64,000 nucleotides of DNA, taken from the NCBI GenBank assembly GCA_951406725.2, contig OX597838.1, positions 44,640,001-44,704,000 on the forward strand, read 5' to 3'. Made by a program: the position numbers and the translations under genes. The stretch comes from Octopus vulgaris. Taxonomy: Eukaryota. Positions 13,849-29,049 of this stretch are shown here, one piece after another (position 1 is the first letter of the stretch; each line of letters begins with the position of its first letter). The notes under the pieces are model-generated. The model was not told where the DNA came from. It worked only from the letters and a program-made list of their open reading frames with translations, and made no database searches.

Positions 13849-15336
13849 TAGTGGTGTTTGTGATTGTGATGGTGGCGGTGGTTCTGGTGATAGTAGTGGT
13901 GGTGGGGATGTTAATGTTGGAGGCAATGGTAATGGTCGTCATCGTCGTTGTGGTGGTGGTGGTCATCGTCGTCGTCGTGGAGATAGCGATTGTGGTTCTG
14001 CTTGTGGTAGTGGTGGTGGTAGTGGTAGTGGTGGTACTGATGGTGGTTCTGGTGGTAGTGGATATATTGTAGATTTGTAGTAGTGCTAACTTAAAGAGCT
14101 TTGTGATGAAGTTCTTTGTGGTGACGGTGGTGAGCTTTGTAACGGAGATATTTGTATTGAATGCCTTTTCTTCAAACTTTTCAACGCGAAGCAACAGAAA
14201 AGTAAGCATTAAGAAACATTTGGTACCGACATTAATGCACATTCTTTATAGTCGCTGCCCTCAGTCCGTCGACTGTTGCCGGCTTCATACCTTAAACTAC
14301 ATAAAATATTTTGTAGTGTGAAGTCCGGTGAAGGTGCAGGGTATTATACTAAAGTTCTTCGTCCAGTCCACAACAAGACAAGCCCTGAGATTATTATGAC
14401 AGAGATGGGTTATCCAAGATGGAAGAATACAACACCACCTTTTCTCTCCTCAGGGTTTTCAAACTTCGAGTCTTTCTTTAAGATAAATATCGTTTCTTCA
14501 GCCTTATTTTGGCTCCTTTCTTTATAAGGGGGGAAATCTAAAAAGAAATGAAAAGCGAGTTTTCAGCTGTCAATTTGTATATACATTTTTAAAGGAAAGC
14601 CTGTGTATAGTGAAGAATTAGCCTTAAAAGCTTTTTACCTACCAGCAATCTGATTTTTGAGTCTTATAGACGTTTCGCCTTGGTCTCTCAACTTCTTGAT
14701 GAAGTACCTACACCTCTATGATACGGTGATGGAGCTCCATGATAGAGTTCAAACATGGCGCGATTAGAATTTTGGCTTTCTATTCCTCCCTGGGTCCATC
14801 ACTGTCTGGGACTGAAATGATCCCATTCCTTCAAGAGTAATGGGAAGAGGAGGACGTATCTCAGTGCAGGTGTACTGGATTTGTTGATTATGAAATAATG
14901 AAAAGCAAATTTGAATCCAGTGGGATTTGAACCCGGATTATAGAGAGCCGTAGCAATTACTGCAAAGCGATCTGTCAGACGCTCTAATGGCTCTGCCGAT
15001 TCCTTACCTTAACTAATATGTATCCCCTTTTATAAAGCACAAGCAGTAGCAATATTACTAATAGTAATAGTACAAGATGAAGTAGTAGAATGTGGTATAT
15101 GGTGGCGGCGGCGGTAGTGGATGGTGGTGTAGGCCGTAGTAGTAGTTGAAGTAGTAGCAGCAGCAGCATTAGTGGTAGTAGCAGTAGTAGTAGTAGCGGT
15201 GGTAGTGGTAGTAATAGTAGTAGTAGATGTGGTGGTAGTGGTAGCAGTAGCGGTAGTTGTGGTATTAGTAGCGGTTGTAGTGGATGGTGGTGTATGTAGT
15301 AGAAGTAGCAACGGCAGCAGCAGAAGCAGCAGCAGC

Positions 15337-15407
<71 letters not shown>

Positions 15408-15795
15408 TAGTAGTAGCAGAACTCCCATTAGGAAATTAGTGCCACACGCAAGGCTTCTTCAGCGTATAATGTCGATGTAACGAGCAATATTTTTTTTTTC
15501 TAAGATCGATATATTATAGAGGTCGGTAGTGTAACGTTTGACAGCTTATAGTTTATAAATCGATGCTTCGATGATCGCAGATCGTACGCAGTCAAGACTG
15601 AAAGATCATCATCAGCTTTCATCACGTTTTGTGCATTTGAGTGTGTGCGTGTGTGTACACACACATATATGTACATGCATATCTGTGTGTATTATGAATG
15701 TGCGGGTGTTGACATCATTTGATGACGTCATCGTACATTATTAACATTCGAAAAAACATGACATAATTCTTTTTGGGAACAGTGGATCTCAAAGC

Positions 15796-16715
<920 letters not shown>

Positions 16716-16806
16716 ACGTATATATATTTATATATGCATGTATATATACATGTAGATGTAGGTACGTACATATATGTTTGTATGTATGCATATATTTTAT
16801 TTATTA

Positions 16807-16854
<48 letters not shown>

Positions 16855-17026
16855 TTGTGTGTGTGTGTTTATGTATGTATGTATATATAAGTAAATGTGA
16901 GAGAGATAGTACTATCAAAGTACCATCATTAGTGGCAGCGAATACCAGTCGTACAGGCGCAAAATTAATAATATATAAGATATATACATACATACATACA
17001 TACAGATCTATATATATACTCTAGAC

Positions 17027-19825
17027 CAGGGGTGGGCAAACTACGGCCCGCGTGCCGCATGCGGCCCGCCATAGGTTTTCATGCGGCCCGCCGAGAGCTT
17101 TTATGAATCCCAACTTCTATGCAGATACTTCGTAACTGTTTCAGTTGTACGGTAATTCACAATAGTTTGCATTTTATTTCAGTTCACTGTTTCGCGCCTT
17201 CACAAAATTGTTCGCTGTTTGTTTGTTTCAGCTACTGAGAAACGATGAAAAATTTCGAGAAATATTCCCATGACATCATAATAAAATACATTTCCGGGTG
17301 AAGATATATTTTCTGTGTTTTCTCGTCAGACCCTACAAACTCAAAAATTAATAGAACAATAAAACAAGTATTGTGGCAATACAATGAGTCAATCGATATG
17401 CTTGAAACATTCAAATAAATAAATCACGTGATAGATGGTGAAGAGGGCATGATGGACGATGCGTTTCGTTCCAATGAAGAAGCCGGCCAGGTTAATAAAA
17501 GGGCTTGAACCAGCTTTTTCTGGACACAGAGCTGTGGTTGGTTATCATTCACTCTATCGATTATTTGAATTTAGTACAGACTCGAGTGTTTCAAACTAGC
17601 TTTTGTTGTCTAATAAAATTTACCCAAAATGAGTTGTTCGAAGCTATCTAAAAAGCGAAAAATTGAAGAGGAATGTCGTGTTTTTAATGAAAATTGGACT
17701 GAAAAGTATTTCTTTACCGATGTTGGAGTGAAAGCTGCATGTTTGATTTGTTCTGAAACAGTTGCTGTGTTCAAGGAATATAATTTGAAACGCCACTTTC
17801 AAACGAAGCACGCCAATTTGGGACACAATTTATCAAAACAAGAACTGCAAAAGAAAGCAAATGATCTGACAAAACGTTTGAAGTAACAGCAAAATGTGTT
17901 TGATAAAACTTCCTCTTTACAAAGGAACGCGAGAAAGGCAAGTTTTATATTGGCCAACAAAATTGCAAAGCAAAACAAGTCATTCGCAGAAGCAGAATTT
18001 ATCAAAGATTGTATGGTTGATGCTGTCAGCGTTGTGTCTTGAAGTTAAGTCAAAAATAGAAGCCATTTCCCTGTCACGAAGAACTATTGTTCGTCGCATT
18101 GATGCAATTGCCGTGAATATTCATGAACAGCTGTTAACAGCCAGTGGTCGATTTCAGTGGTTTTCTATTGCTTTAGATGAGAGTACTGATATTCAGGATA
18201 CTGCTCGGTTACTCATTTACATCAGAGGAATTGACGAAAACTTTGAAATTACAGAGGAATTGTTATCTATGGAGTCTCTCAAAGACACTACTACTGGAAA
18301 AGATTTGTTCAACAGTGTCATTAACAGTTCAATCAGGTCTAGATTAACCCTAAATAAACAGGCCAGCATTACAACCGATGGAGCTCCTTCACTCACCGGT
18401 AAACATTCCGGCCTTGTGAAGTTGTTGAATGACAAAATCAAAGAAGATTTCCACTACACAGTGTGTTGTCTTTTCACTGCATCATACATCAAGAAAGCCT
18501 TTGTAAGTCATCTTTAAAACTCAAACATGTCATCGAACCTGTGGTGCGTGCAGTGAATTTAATAAGATCACGGGGATTGAAACACAGGCAATTCCGAAGT
18601 TTCTTGGAGGATGTGGAGGCTGATTTTACTGATGTGCTGTACTACACAAATGTCCGCTGGTTAAGCATTGGAAAAGTTCTTAAGAGAGTATGGGACCTCA
18701 AAGCAGAGATTCTTATGTTTCTCAAAATGCAAGACATCTCCTGTGACTTTTTAAACGAAATGGAGAGTGACGAATGGGTTTGTGATTTTGCATTTGCTGT
18801 GGACATAATGCAGAAGCTGAATGAACTTAACACAAAACTGCAAGGCAAAGGTATATTTGCTCATGAATTGTACTTGGAAGTGAAAGCTTTTCAATGGAAG
18901 CTTGGACTTTTTGCCAAGCAGCTGAATGAGCAAAAATTTATTCACTTCCCTCTGCTGAAAACACAGTCTGTTACACAAGAATCATCGGACAACTACAGTT
19001 CCAAGTTGATGGCTTTACAAAAGGAATTCATTAGAAGATTTGCTGATTTCAAGGCAGTTGAAGGCCTGTTCGATTTGCTTAACTCACCTCTTGCCTGTGA
19101 CATTGAAACAACTACCGAGGAACTGCAGATAGAACTGATTCATTTGCAAGCCGACAATTCTTTAAAGATGATGTTTGAAAGTAAACCGCTGCTCGAGTTT
19201 TATGCTTCTCTACATTCAAAAAAGTTTCAAAATCTAAAGAAATTTGCAAGAAAGATGTTTGTGTTGTTTGCATCAACAGACTTTCTCCATCATGAAAATT
19301 AACAAGGGGAAGAATCGATCACTTCTCACAGACTCAAATCTTCAGTCAGTGTTAAGAATCAGCACAAGCAACTTGACACCTAATTTTGACAAACTGGTAA
19401 ATGACAGTAGTCAGCTGCATCATTCTCATTGACATTGTTATTTACAGAGCCGCTTTGTTTTTCAAATAAATGCTTCAGGTGACGTTTCTAATTTCAGATA
19501 TCAATTCATATTAATAAACTGTTATTTCTCTTTAAAATCTTTTATTTTGGGTATCCTAGAATTTAAGTATAATATTCATCATGGTTGTCCATAATATTAA
19601 GAGGTGGTTGTCCACAATTAGTGCAGATTTTACTAGGAAAATTCCGTTCCTGGCAATTTGTAAGCAATAACAGGCTGTCCAAAATAACCGAGGTTCCTGT
19701 AATAATTTCAACTATAGGAGCAAATAACCGAAAAACATGAACCCGATACTCTAAAAAATAAATTAAATCACTTAAATTAAAAAATATTTTCACTTGATTT
19801 TTATAAATGAGGCCCGCCAAGATTC
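17027..19825 (+). mobile_element. Decayed hAT transposon (Buster/Charlie/SPIN group); right TIR not found
   Basis: Left end CAGGGGTGGGCAAACTACGGCCCGC preceded by NNNTANNN site CTCTAGAC; subterminal GGCCCGC repeats; one GGCCCGCCA near 19811. Confidence 0.9.
17629..19432 (+). pseudogene. hAT transposase (GTF2IRD2-like) with a stop and frameshifts
   Basis: BED-type finger CLIC..NLKRH..KH, FSIALDESTD, TTDGAPS, HCIIHQE, VRWLS and a C-terminal dimerisation region; split over 4 ORFs. Confidence 0.93.
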
Positions 19826-20076
19826 CAAAGACGCACTGTTCGAGACTGATGATGGGCAAGACCCAGAAACATGCATGTCTCTAGATGCAGGCCTAGCTGT
19901 TGGGGGTGTTTGTCTCCCTTTCGTAAATATATAAGGACCCAGGAAATGTGTCAAAGCTGACAGAAAGCGTCGATGCTTCCTAGGGCTAAACAGCGGTGGT
20001 GTAATTCCCTTACAGGACTGTTACGTTAAGTTGACAGTATACAACCACTCTATGTATATTTATTTATTCGTTTATT

Positions 20077-20123
<47 letters not shown>

Positions 20124-20371
20124 TCACACACACAAGGGTACTAGGTGAGCACCTGCATTACTAAAAATAGAGATCAAAATTACTGCTGTGCCATGGAATA
20201 GTCAGAAAATTGATACAAGCATGATAGGGAAAAATTCGAGTGAACAATAAAACCGTCTACCTCTGTTAGGTCAGCAAAAGTAATGCTGGTTTCATACGAT
20301 TTCGAATTTAGCGCCAGACGGTGCAGCCTTACTTGCCAGCCAACAACTACTAAAATTTATATATATATATA

Positions 20372-20921
20372 TAACTAAGAAAAGTTGTAAGATACCGCAC
20401 GAGTGGAAATATATACGAAAGAAGGTTTCAAAGTGCAATTTCAAAAGATGTTTATTCACTTGACCGGTTTCACTTCTTTAGAAAAAGATTGACAAAAGTA
20501 ACATGTAAAAGCTTTGTTGCGTTAGGTACTCGTTGTCACAAATATTACAATACATATATGCGTTCTTTGATAATAATAAGAACATGTTAAAAGTAGTTTA
20601 CAAGGAAAAATCTTGGGAGAATATTAAAAAGTTCATTAAAATATTGGATACAAAAAGTTGCAATACTTATATACACTCTTTGGTAATAATAAGAAGATGT
20701 TAAAAACAGTTTACAGAAAAATTTTTTGCGAAATTATTAACAAGTTCATAAAACCTATCAGGATTTCATTAAAAATCATGTTTGTTTGGAAGTATCTATA
20801 TATATACACAGAAAATTATAAGTTCAAAAAGGTCATGTTTTAGTAGTATATATATACACAGAAGGAGATATATTTAGTTTACAAAGAATTTAGGATCAAC
20901 TGACCTGTTTCACCATTTTTG

Positions 20922-20925
<4 letters not shown>
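20372..20925 (-). mobile_element. (TA)n-flanked PLE pLTR-like remnant with a decayed HHR
   Basis: Minus strand CTAAAGAAGT-GAAACCGGTC-AAG then AATAAA (20451-20486); internal ~116-bp diverged duplication at ~20555-20770. Confidence 0.45.
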
Positions 20926-20967
<42 letters not shown>

Positions 20968-21502
20968 ATTATGACATGTAAATATCGGTTTGAAAATCTA
21001 TTGAACAGAAAATGTTCAAGACACAAACACACACATGCAAATATACACATACACACATACAAATATGTATGTTAGCATGTGTGTGTGTGTGTTTATGCTT
21101 AGAAATGTTACTGTGTATAGATTCGTTGGATATTTACAGTGTTTTTATTGGTTATTATATTTTCTATAATAATCCGCGAGCAAACTCACCACTGCTCTTT
21201 TCTTACAAGTAAAAGCATCACTATAGCGGACAAAAGTTACAACCCTATCGGACATAGTTGTCTTTTAGTTGGGGGAAAAGCCTTTTTTTTCAGGTTCGTT
21301 TAACGTTTTCTCTACAAACTACGAACAAGACCTCCTCCCGTCCTTTTTTCATACAAAAATTAATGCAAATTGCGAACGGGGTTACACAAAATTCAACTCT
21401 ATAATCTAAAGAGCATCTTCTACTAAAGCCTCGGGTCGACCAAAGCATCGTGAGTGAATTTGGTAGATGGAAACTGAAAGAAGCCCGTCATATATATATA
21501 TA

Positions 21503-21540
21503 TTGAAGATTGTCGATCAAGACGAGAAACGATTGTAGTG
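21503..21540 (+). ncRNA. Hammerhead ribozyme motif, 5'-truncated at the (TA)n junction
   Basis: (T)TGAAGA-TTGTC gatcaa GACGA-GAAAC gatt GTA. Confidence 0.6.
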
Positions 21541-21654
21541 GCGGTTTTTTTGACTATTTATTAAAATTTTATGTATTGATTAAGTCTTTCCTTGTTTGTT
21601 TTGCAAAATAGTGGTTTTGTCTCTAATAATATTTTATATATATATATATATATA

Positions 21655-21830
21655 TGATAGATCGTTAGCCACTACACACATTTTTCTTTCTCCTTTTTTT
21701 CTCTCCTTGATTTTTCTGTGCCCTTTTCTGTTTCAAAACGTGAAAGACTTTTTCTATCCCTGAGCGTCATACTAATACATCTGTTTGTTTTGTACACCAC
21801 CTGTCTTCGTCTTTTGTTTTTTTCGTAAAC
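21655..21830 (+). mobile_element. Decayed relative of the 36.7-37.5 kb pLTR family; HHR core deleted
   Basis: GATCGTT, TTTCTG..AAACGT, CCCTGAGCGTC..CTAATAC motifs shared; follows a (TA)n tract. Confidence 0.45.
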
Positions 21831-21859
21831 TCTCTCTCTCTCTCTCTATATATATATAA

Positions 21860-22450
21860 AAGGCGAAAACGTTTATAATTATGAACAAGTCACAAATATA
21901 ACTAAGAGGGTTAAAAATCCTTACATGTTAAAAATAGCACCCAAAACCGGACGACATGGCAAATAGAATCCACAACTTGAAAATAACTGGTTAATTCCCT
22001 ATTGCAATTTCAGCTTTAGGGATCTCTTAAGGGATCGTCAGGGGACATATTCCTAAAGATAGACATCAAAACAAAAATTTACCTTGGGGCTAGCATAAAT
22101 CCCGACCAGCAACAGAAATGTTTTCACCTCTATCTACACAGTCAAGTTTTGTGTTCAAATGCTATGCACAGCGTCTATGTGAAAAGACTGATAATTTCGA
22201 GCCACGGCAAAATCACCAGACATGAGTTAGGAAAATATAAATAGGTAGAGAGTAATGGAAAAACATTATAAATATATATAAAGGATATATTATAAATGAT
22301 TAGGATTATTTATGAATATAGCAATGGCCAAACATGTTATAAAATATAAAGAAGAAAAATGTTTATAATTATGAACAAGTTCCAATTATAACTAAGAGAG
22401 TTAAAAAGATTTTAGATGTTAAAAATAGCAGCCGAAACCGCTATAAAGCC
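21860..22450 (-). mobile_element. HHR-bearing element with a 490-bp partial tandem repeat
   Basis: 21871-21950 recurs diverged at 22361-22440; HHR at 21996-22045. Confidence 0.65.
21996..22045 (-). ncRNA. Type-I hammerhead ribozyme
   Basis: TCCC-CTGACGA-[imperfect stem II]-GAAA-TTGCAA-TA-GGGA; palindromic stem III ATTGCAAT. Confidence 0.7.
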
Positions 22451-22806
22451 ATTAAGTCGCCCATTTTCTAGGGGGACTTATCCAATTCATTCCATTTCTT
22501 ATTCCACGTGGAAAAATTTAGAATTTTGCTCAATGGCAGCAACACAAAGTGTCAAAGGAATTTCAGTCAGTGATGAGAGAGGGGGAGAGGCAGAGGAGTG
22601 TCTTGCTACAAAAGTGAGAGAGGGTGACATTTCTTCGCCTGTTGGCGTGACTACGAGACAAGCAAGCAGGCAAAATAAGATGACCATCTCAATCACGAAC
22701 AACAACTCCGACACCACCGCCATCATCACCTCTGCTACTCGCACTACGAACAACAACAACAACAACAAATGTTGCAGCAACAACAGTACCAGCAGCAACA
22801 GCAAAT

Positions 22807-23150
22807 GGAGGCGCAATGGCCCAATGGTTAGGGCAGCGGACTCGCGGTCGGAGGATCGCGGTTTCGATTCCCAGACCGGGCGTCGTGTGTGATTATTGAA
22901 CGAAAACACCTAAAGCTCCACGAATCTCCGGCAGAGGGTGGTGGCGACCCCTGTTGTACTCTTTCGCTCCAACTTTCTCTCACTCTTTCTTCCTGTTTCT
23001 TGTCCCCGACTTCCTACGCAACCGCTGAGCCTGGATGCGCATTCATCCACCCGTCGATGCTCTCGGTGTCGGCGGTTGACCTGCTTTCTCTTCTGCGGGT
23101 CTTCCGAATAGCAAAGGACCACGTTTCGGACTTCTCCCATCTTGCGAGCT
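22807..23150 (+). mobile_element. tRNA-derived SINE, family C
   Basis: GGAGGCGCAATGGCCCAATGGTTAGGGCAGCGG (A box) ... GGTTTCGATTCCC (B box); copies at 30389 and 40989. Confidence 0.8.
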
Positions 23151-24134
23151 CTGGGACGAAGACCGTTCGCTCAACAGCAACAGCAGCCGTTAAAGAATCT
23201 CCATTTCCAGCGACTTCGAGGGTCACCTCCCAGTCGTGTCGGGCGTCAACGTAGAGCCCTCGACTACAACAAGACGACCAAAGATTTTTTTTTCCAAGGT
23301 CTGGGGTCTCCCGTCCCTAAGCCTCAGACCATCACCTAATCACCCTTATTTGTCTTGTTGCTTAACAACAACAACAGTAACAGCAACAACAACATTAAAG
23401 CTTTGACGGGTGAGACAAACAAGCAGTGCAACTACGGTGTAAATGACCCCCCACCGCCATTAGCAGGTAGCTTGGCTACTTCGTTCAAGGATATATTACT
23501 TCTAAATTTCCTTGACGCATTGTGCCGTAGTATAACACTTAAGTCTGCGCTGGTATTTTTTCTGTGCCAAAAGACTACAAGTGCTTCTTATGTACACAGC
23601 GGGCTCATTTTTGCGATACACATCATCTTTCTTTATTTTTTTGCGACACACATCTTGCACTTAACACTTAGTCGTAATCACAGGCAAACCTAATGACAAG
23701 CCATAATGATCTCTTCCGTTTCTTTACTCAATCACCATTCTTCAGCCATAACCAAAATTCGTCTAAAGTAAAACCCTCGTTTATTTGAGCTACTCGCTGT
23801 GAAACACTTACCCCAATTATCATGGAACCAAGTAAAACCAAGTTTATTGAGCGAGGTACCTCTTGAAAAGTCATCTAACAGATATATCTACATCGAATGA
23901 AGCACCACGACCAGTTGTCCAGAATCTCACCCGCAACAGATTGATGCAAGATGAGTCAAAACGTTCGTTGGGATTAAAAAGAATCTTGTAAATACTACTT
24001 GCCTTTCTGTATTGTATACTCGAGGGACACAGAGGAAATTCTTGAAGTAAATTCATTGGTAGACTGTTGATGGCATCAGGTAGCCACAGACAGGGAACGT
24101 GCTTCAATCGGCATACGAGCAGCTGCTAACCCAA

Positions 24135-24282
<148 letters not shown>

Positions 24283-24839
24283 GTATATATATATATATAT
24301 ATATATATGCATATTTATATATGTGTGTGTATGTGTGTGTGTGTGTGTGTATCTTTTTGCGTGTGCGTGTTTGGTTGTTGTTTGTCTATACATGTCCTGT
24401 AAAAGTGATCATACTTATGAAGTAATTTTTACGACACCAAACTGAAAACCAACAGGTAGAAACTAATGTATTTTTAATGCTTGTAACTGGCTATATTTGG
24501 CTACGTCTGCGTATCTCCGTGTCTATGTGCGCATCGGCGTCTTCGCGTTTAAGCCACAATATGAATATGTGCTAATTTGTGGACGCGTTTGATGAACATA
24601 TAGGTTGCAAGTGTGTATGCCTAAGTTTTAATTAACCACACATCTGTAAGGTTGCTTAAGGCGATTGAGACGTAATTGGATTCTCGTTAGGCAAACATCT
24701 CTTGCGTGAAGTTTCTTTCATTTTAGATCAACTGACATGACTAATCATGGTCGCATACTTCCTAGACATTTCTGGCGTTTTTGCTGTTCATATTTAATAT
24801 TCTACTCTTCCGTTAATGTTTGCTGCGTGTGTGTAAACG

Positions 24840-24927
<88 letters not shown>

Positions 24928-25188
24928 CATATATATATAGATAGCTAGATACACACACTCACACACACACACACTCACGTACGCACACACACACATATAT
25001 GTATATTAACGTGTGTATGTATATAAAGCAGCCATCTAAATTAGCTGCAATATATAAGGAAGTCGGTTATATTGCCTATCGTAATGAGAAATTGTGCATA
25101 TTTGTGTATTTATATATGTATGTATCTATACATAGAAACACCCCCCCACACACACACATAAACACACTCACACACACACACACACACA

Positions 25189-25261
<73 letters not shown>

Positions 25262-25546
25262 GGAGTTAAACGTAGGTGTTATTCAAATATATTTACCTAT
25301 GTTATACAAAACATTTCACTTAACCCTGGAACTTCTGCCTTTATAAGTAGGCTGTTACAAACTTGGTACTTATGTGAATTTTTGCTACCCTAGTAACTAT
25401 TTATTTATTTATTTCCGTGTTATTTGTACACATTGAAAAAATACACATACATTTATATATATATAGAAATTTCACATAAGGTAAAATCTTATGAAAAGAT
25501 GTATTAAAATATATATCTACATATATACACATACATAATTACATAT

Positions 25547-25639
<93 letters not shown>

Positions 25640-25663
25640 TAAAAACGGTAAGATATATATATA

Positions 25664-26689
25664 CTAGCATTAAAGACCCGTCGTTGCCGGGTCATAGTGC
25701 TAGTGCATGTATATGTGTGTATATATATGTGTACATATTACATGTACATCTATATATATACATCTACAGATAAAATACAAAATACAAAGTTATATCTTGA
25801 TATCGCTAGTGCGGGACGTCCTACGCCCCAGATATAAAGGTAAAAATAAAATATTTCCACTTTGCAAGTTCGAGTCGAGTACTCCCTTGCACGCTCCGTT
25901 GACCCGAACCTTGCTTCTATTGTGGCGAATTTACCACCTCTGATTAGATACCTTTCATAGTCGCACCAAGACACTTTCCGAAGGTGCTTTCCTCCATGTG
26001 TTCAAATCTTTTTTCTCTACATTGTATACTTTGTAGACAATAGTCTTTTCTTTTATTTATTTTTTTATTATCCATCTGGACTATTCCATTTCTGCACGCT
26101 AATTTTATTTCTAATTTATTCCCATTCATGTGAAACCACTTATTCAAGTTCAAATCATTGATGCAATTTTATACCAATTGCTATTTTTACTTTTGTTATG
26201 TTACGATTATATTATACTTTAGTTTGATTTTAATTATTACTTACAACATATAATTCAATTATTATTATTATTTTTATTGTTAAAGTGAAAGTATCTGACA
26301 TAAAATAGAGAAACTTTTTTGTTTCACTTTTAACATGTAATACTGAAATAGTGGAGAAGATATGATATGGGCTCGCTCTAGGCAAGAAGTTGAACATTTT
26401 TTTGCCCATGAAACTACATGAACCCTAAGTAAGGCATGTGTAAAATTTGAATGGAATTGGTTGTGTAGTTCTAAAGTTTTAGGGAATCGTAGTGGAGAAG
26501 ATATGATATTGCTGTGGACTCGCCCTAGGCAAAAAGTTCAAAAGTTTTTTTGCCGATGACACTCCCCGGATCCTAAGTAAGGCATGTGTAAAATTTGAAT
26601 GAAATTGGTTGTGTAGTTCTCAAGTTTTAGGGAAACACACAGACAGACAGACAGACAGGCACACATTCTCAGTTTTATATATATAAAGA
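25664..26689 (-). mobile_element. Non-autonomous Helitron
   Basis: Minus strand: A|TC 5' end then (TCTG)n; 3' hairpin GACCCG-7nt-CGGGTC, 7 nt, CTAG|T; no TSD; internal 141-bp-period duplication at 26349-26634. Confidence 0.88.
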
Positions 26690-26707
26690 TATATATATAC
26701 ACACATA

Positions 26708-26743
<36 letters not shown>

Positions 26744-26813
26744 TGTATGTATGTATGTATGTATGTATGTATGTATGTATGTATGTATGTATGTGTGTAT
26801 ATATATATTTATG

Positions 26814-26868
<55 letters not shown>

Positions 26869-27919
26869 ATATGTGTTTGTGTGTTTGTATGTGTGTTTGT
26901 GTGTTTGTGTGTGTGTGTGTATTATGTTTCTGTAAGTATTTGTAAATTCTTTTCATAAGATGTTACCTTCTTAGAAATTTCTTTAACAAAAGCGTGAAAT
27001 GTTACCTGTTGTGCTTTGGAATAAATTCCCATGTTTTTTCTTTGCTCTGTATTGATTATATTGAAAAAGTTCCTATTAATTGGTAGGTTTCTATACCTGA
27101 GTACGTTAAACTTTGACATCGCCATTCTAACATATTCAGCAGCAACGGTGAATATAAACGCGTTTTCATTATCTGGATAAAGAAAGTGTAAGGTTACAAA
27201 CAGATGTAGAAAATATTCCCTTTCTCGATAATCTTAAAAGAAACCTTTGTATCTACCGTGTGGCTGACATATATAACTATACGTTTCTCTTCAATCCCAA
27301 ACAGCTCTATGGGGCCTGTTAATAACATTAATCAGGTAACTATCTCACCATTATGTATATGTTCATAGGCATCTGTTCAGTTATCAGATAAAATCTTGCC
27401 TTTTTGTTCCCAAATTATTTCAAGCCTTACTTTTCATCAACAATTTCAACAAATCTGTCAAGAATATATTCTCGTTGATCATTCACAACTTCATGTCAAC
27501 TTCCCGTTACCTTGGTAATACCTTCACAGTGGACATCAACGGATCTTGACTCGAAGAATTCATTAAATCACGTTTTCGGCTTCAGGTCGTTCTTGAACGA
27601 TACGCTTCGCAGACTGTTAGAAAGCTACAGAGAAAAGTAGTAATCTGAAGGCGCTGTATCAAGAGAATACGGGAGATGCAGCAGAACCTCATGGTCGAGC
27701 TCTTAAGAGACATTTTCAGTCAAATCAGTGACGTGAGGTGGAGCATTGTCAGGCTGAAGAAGCATTCTGTGACCGCTTCGATAGTTTGGATCCTCATGCG
27801 TGACCTCGTTCAATCGATCCACATTCAAAGGAACAGGTCGGCTAGAACGTGGAGAATCTGTGAAGCAGAATTCCCGCTACTTTTAGAGTGAAGCCCATTT
27901 CTGTGCAGTGGTTGCAGTA

Positions 27920-28270
27920 ATTAGCTCTTTCAACGTGTCTAGCGCTTCATTTTGCCTTGGTGCAATTGCAAGTTTTCTCTCCAGCTGTGTTAGCCACTCT
28001 GCACTTTCTTTATCTCTCTTCCAAATACTTTCCTTTCTTCAGCATCAGGAATGATTTGCTGACGTTGTTCCCCACTGATTTCCTGAGACAGACGCCTTGT
28101 ATTTCATTGAAAATATCTATTTTGTTCAACAGCTTTGGATCTAGCATTATATCTATTCATTTTGGCCTTTAACCCTGTCACCCTTTGTGTCAATTCTTCA
28201 TGTACAGTTTGTTTTCTCCATTCTTCTAAACTGTACAGCACATTTGATTTTTCTGATTACTTCATTCCTG
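27920..28270 (-). mobile_element. Old R4/Dong-like LINE fragment (region N-terminal to RT)
   Basis: Manual minus-strand translation ELTQRVTGLKAKMNRYNARSKAVEQNRYFQ*N...IPDAEE...SAEWL resembles R4/Dong pre-RT motifs. Confidence 0.55.
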
Positions 28271-29049
28271 AGTTCTTTAATCATAATAGAAGACACTAAA
28301 GTGTCTTAAGTGCCAGGCATTGAAACTGAACTGACACCACGTATTTGCAAGGTGAGCTACTCCTAGCCTTGCCTTGAAATAATATGAATTGCTGTTATTA
28401 CTGATACATAATTATAAGCCTTACTTGTAGTAACTTTCCAATATTCGTACCAAATACCTTCCAAATACCTCTTACGTTCTGCGCTGAAATCTTGCATATT
28501 GAAATCAAATTTGCATTTCAATCATTTTGTATCGATCCAATATAGTTATCGACTTTATGCAGTTGGGTTTGTTTTAATCGGATACATATATGTGTATTAG
28601 AAAAGCGTATGTGGTACCAATATTAGAAATCAATACTATTTCATCGTGATTGATCTCATCGTTTAATCACCCTGCATCAATAAAAAGAAGTAGCACTGGT
28701 TACAATCAAATATATTTCTTCCATGTAAATGTTTTCTTGTGCTAATGTGTGTGTGGGTGGGTGGCGGGTTCTTGACCGTGTGTCACCTACTTTGAAGTTG
28801 TGACACCAGGACGAGTTAGAGCGGGAGAAATGTAGGGAGATACGAAAGAATAGTGAAATCGGATAGCGGCAACCTCAACATATAATCCTGTGGTTAAAAG
28901 TAACTCAAAGGAAGGCGGCATTTGGGCAGGATTATTAGAACATTGTTTAACGTTTACTTGCAGTAGTAGAGCCCGCCTTGCGAGTTCAAATCATACTGTG
29001 GTCCGTTTTATCTTTTTGGTTTCGGTTTATCAAAAAAATGGAATACCTA

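Noticed and set aside
14666-14699. Minus-strand ..AAGAAG-TTG..CAAGGC-GAAACGTC as a hammerhead
   Set aside because: CUGA box and stem I not recoverable; at most a decayed remnant
19879-19886. CTCTAGAT as the right-hand TSD of the hAT element
   Set aside because: 7/8 match to CTCTAGAC but not preceded by a TIR-like ...CACCCCTG; probably chance
22807-22880. tRNA gene (also 30389, 32121, 40989)
   Set aside because: A/B boxes present, but no proper acceptor stem and the sequence continues into a SINE body
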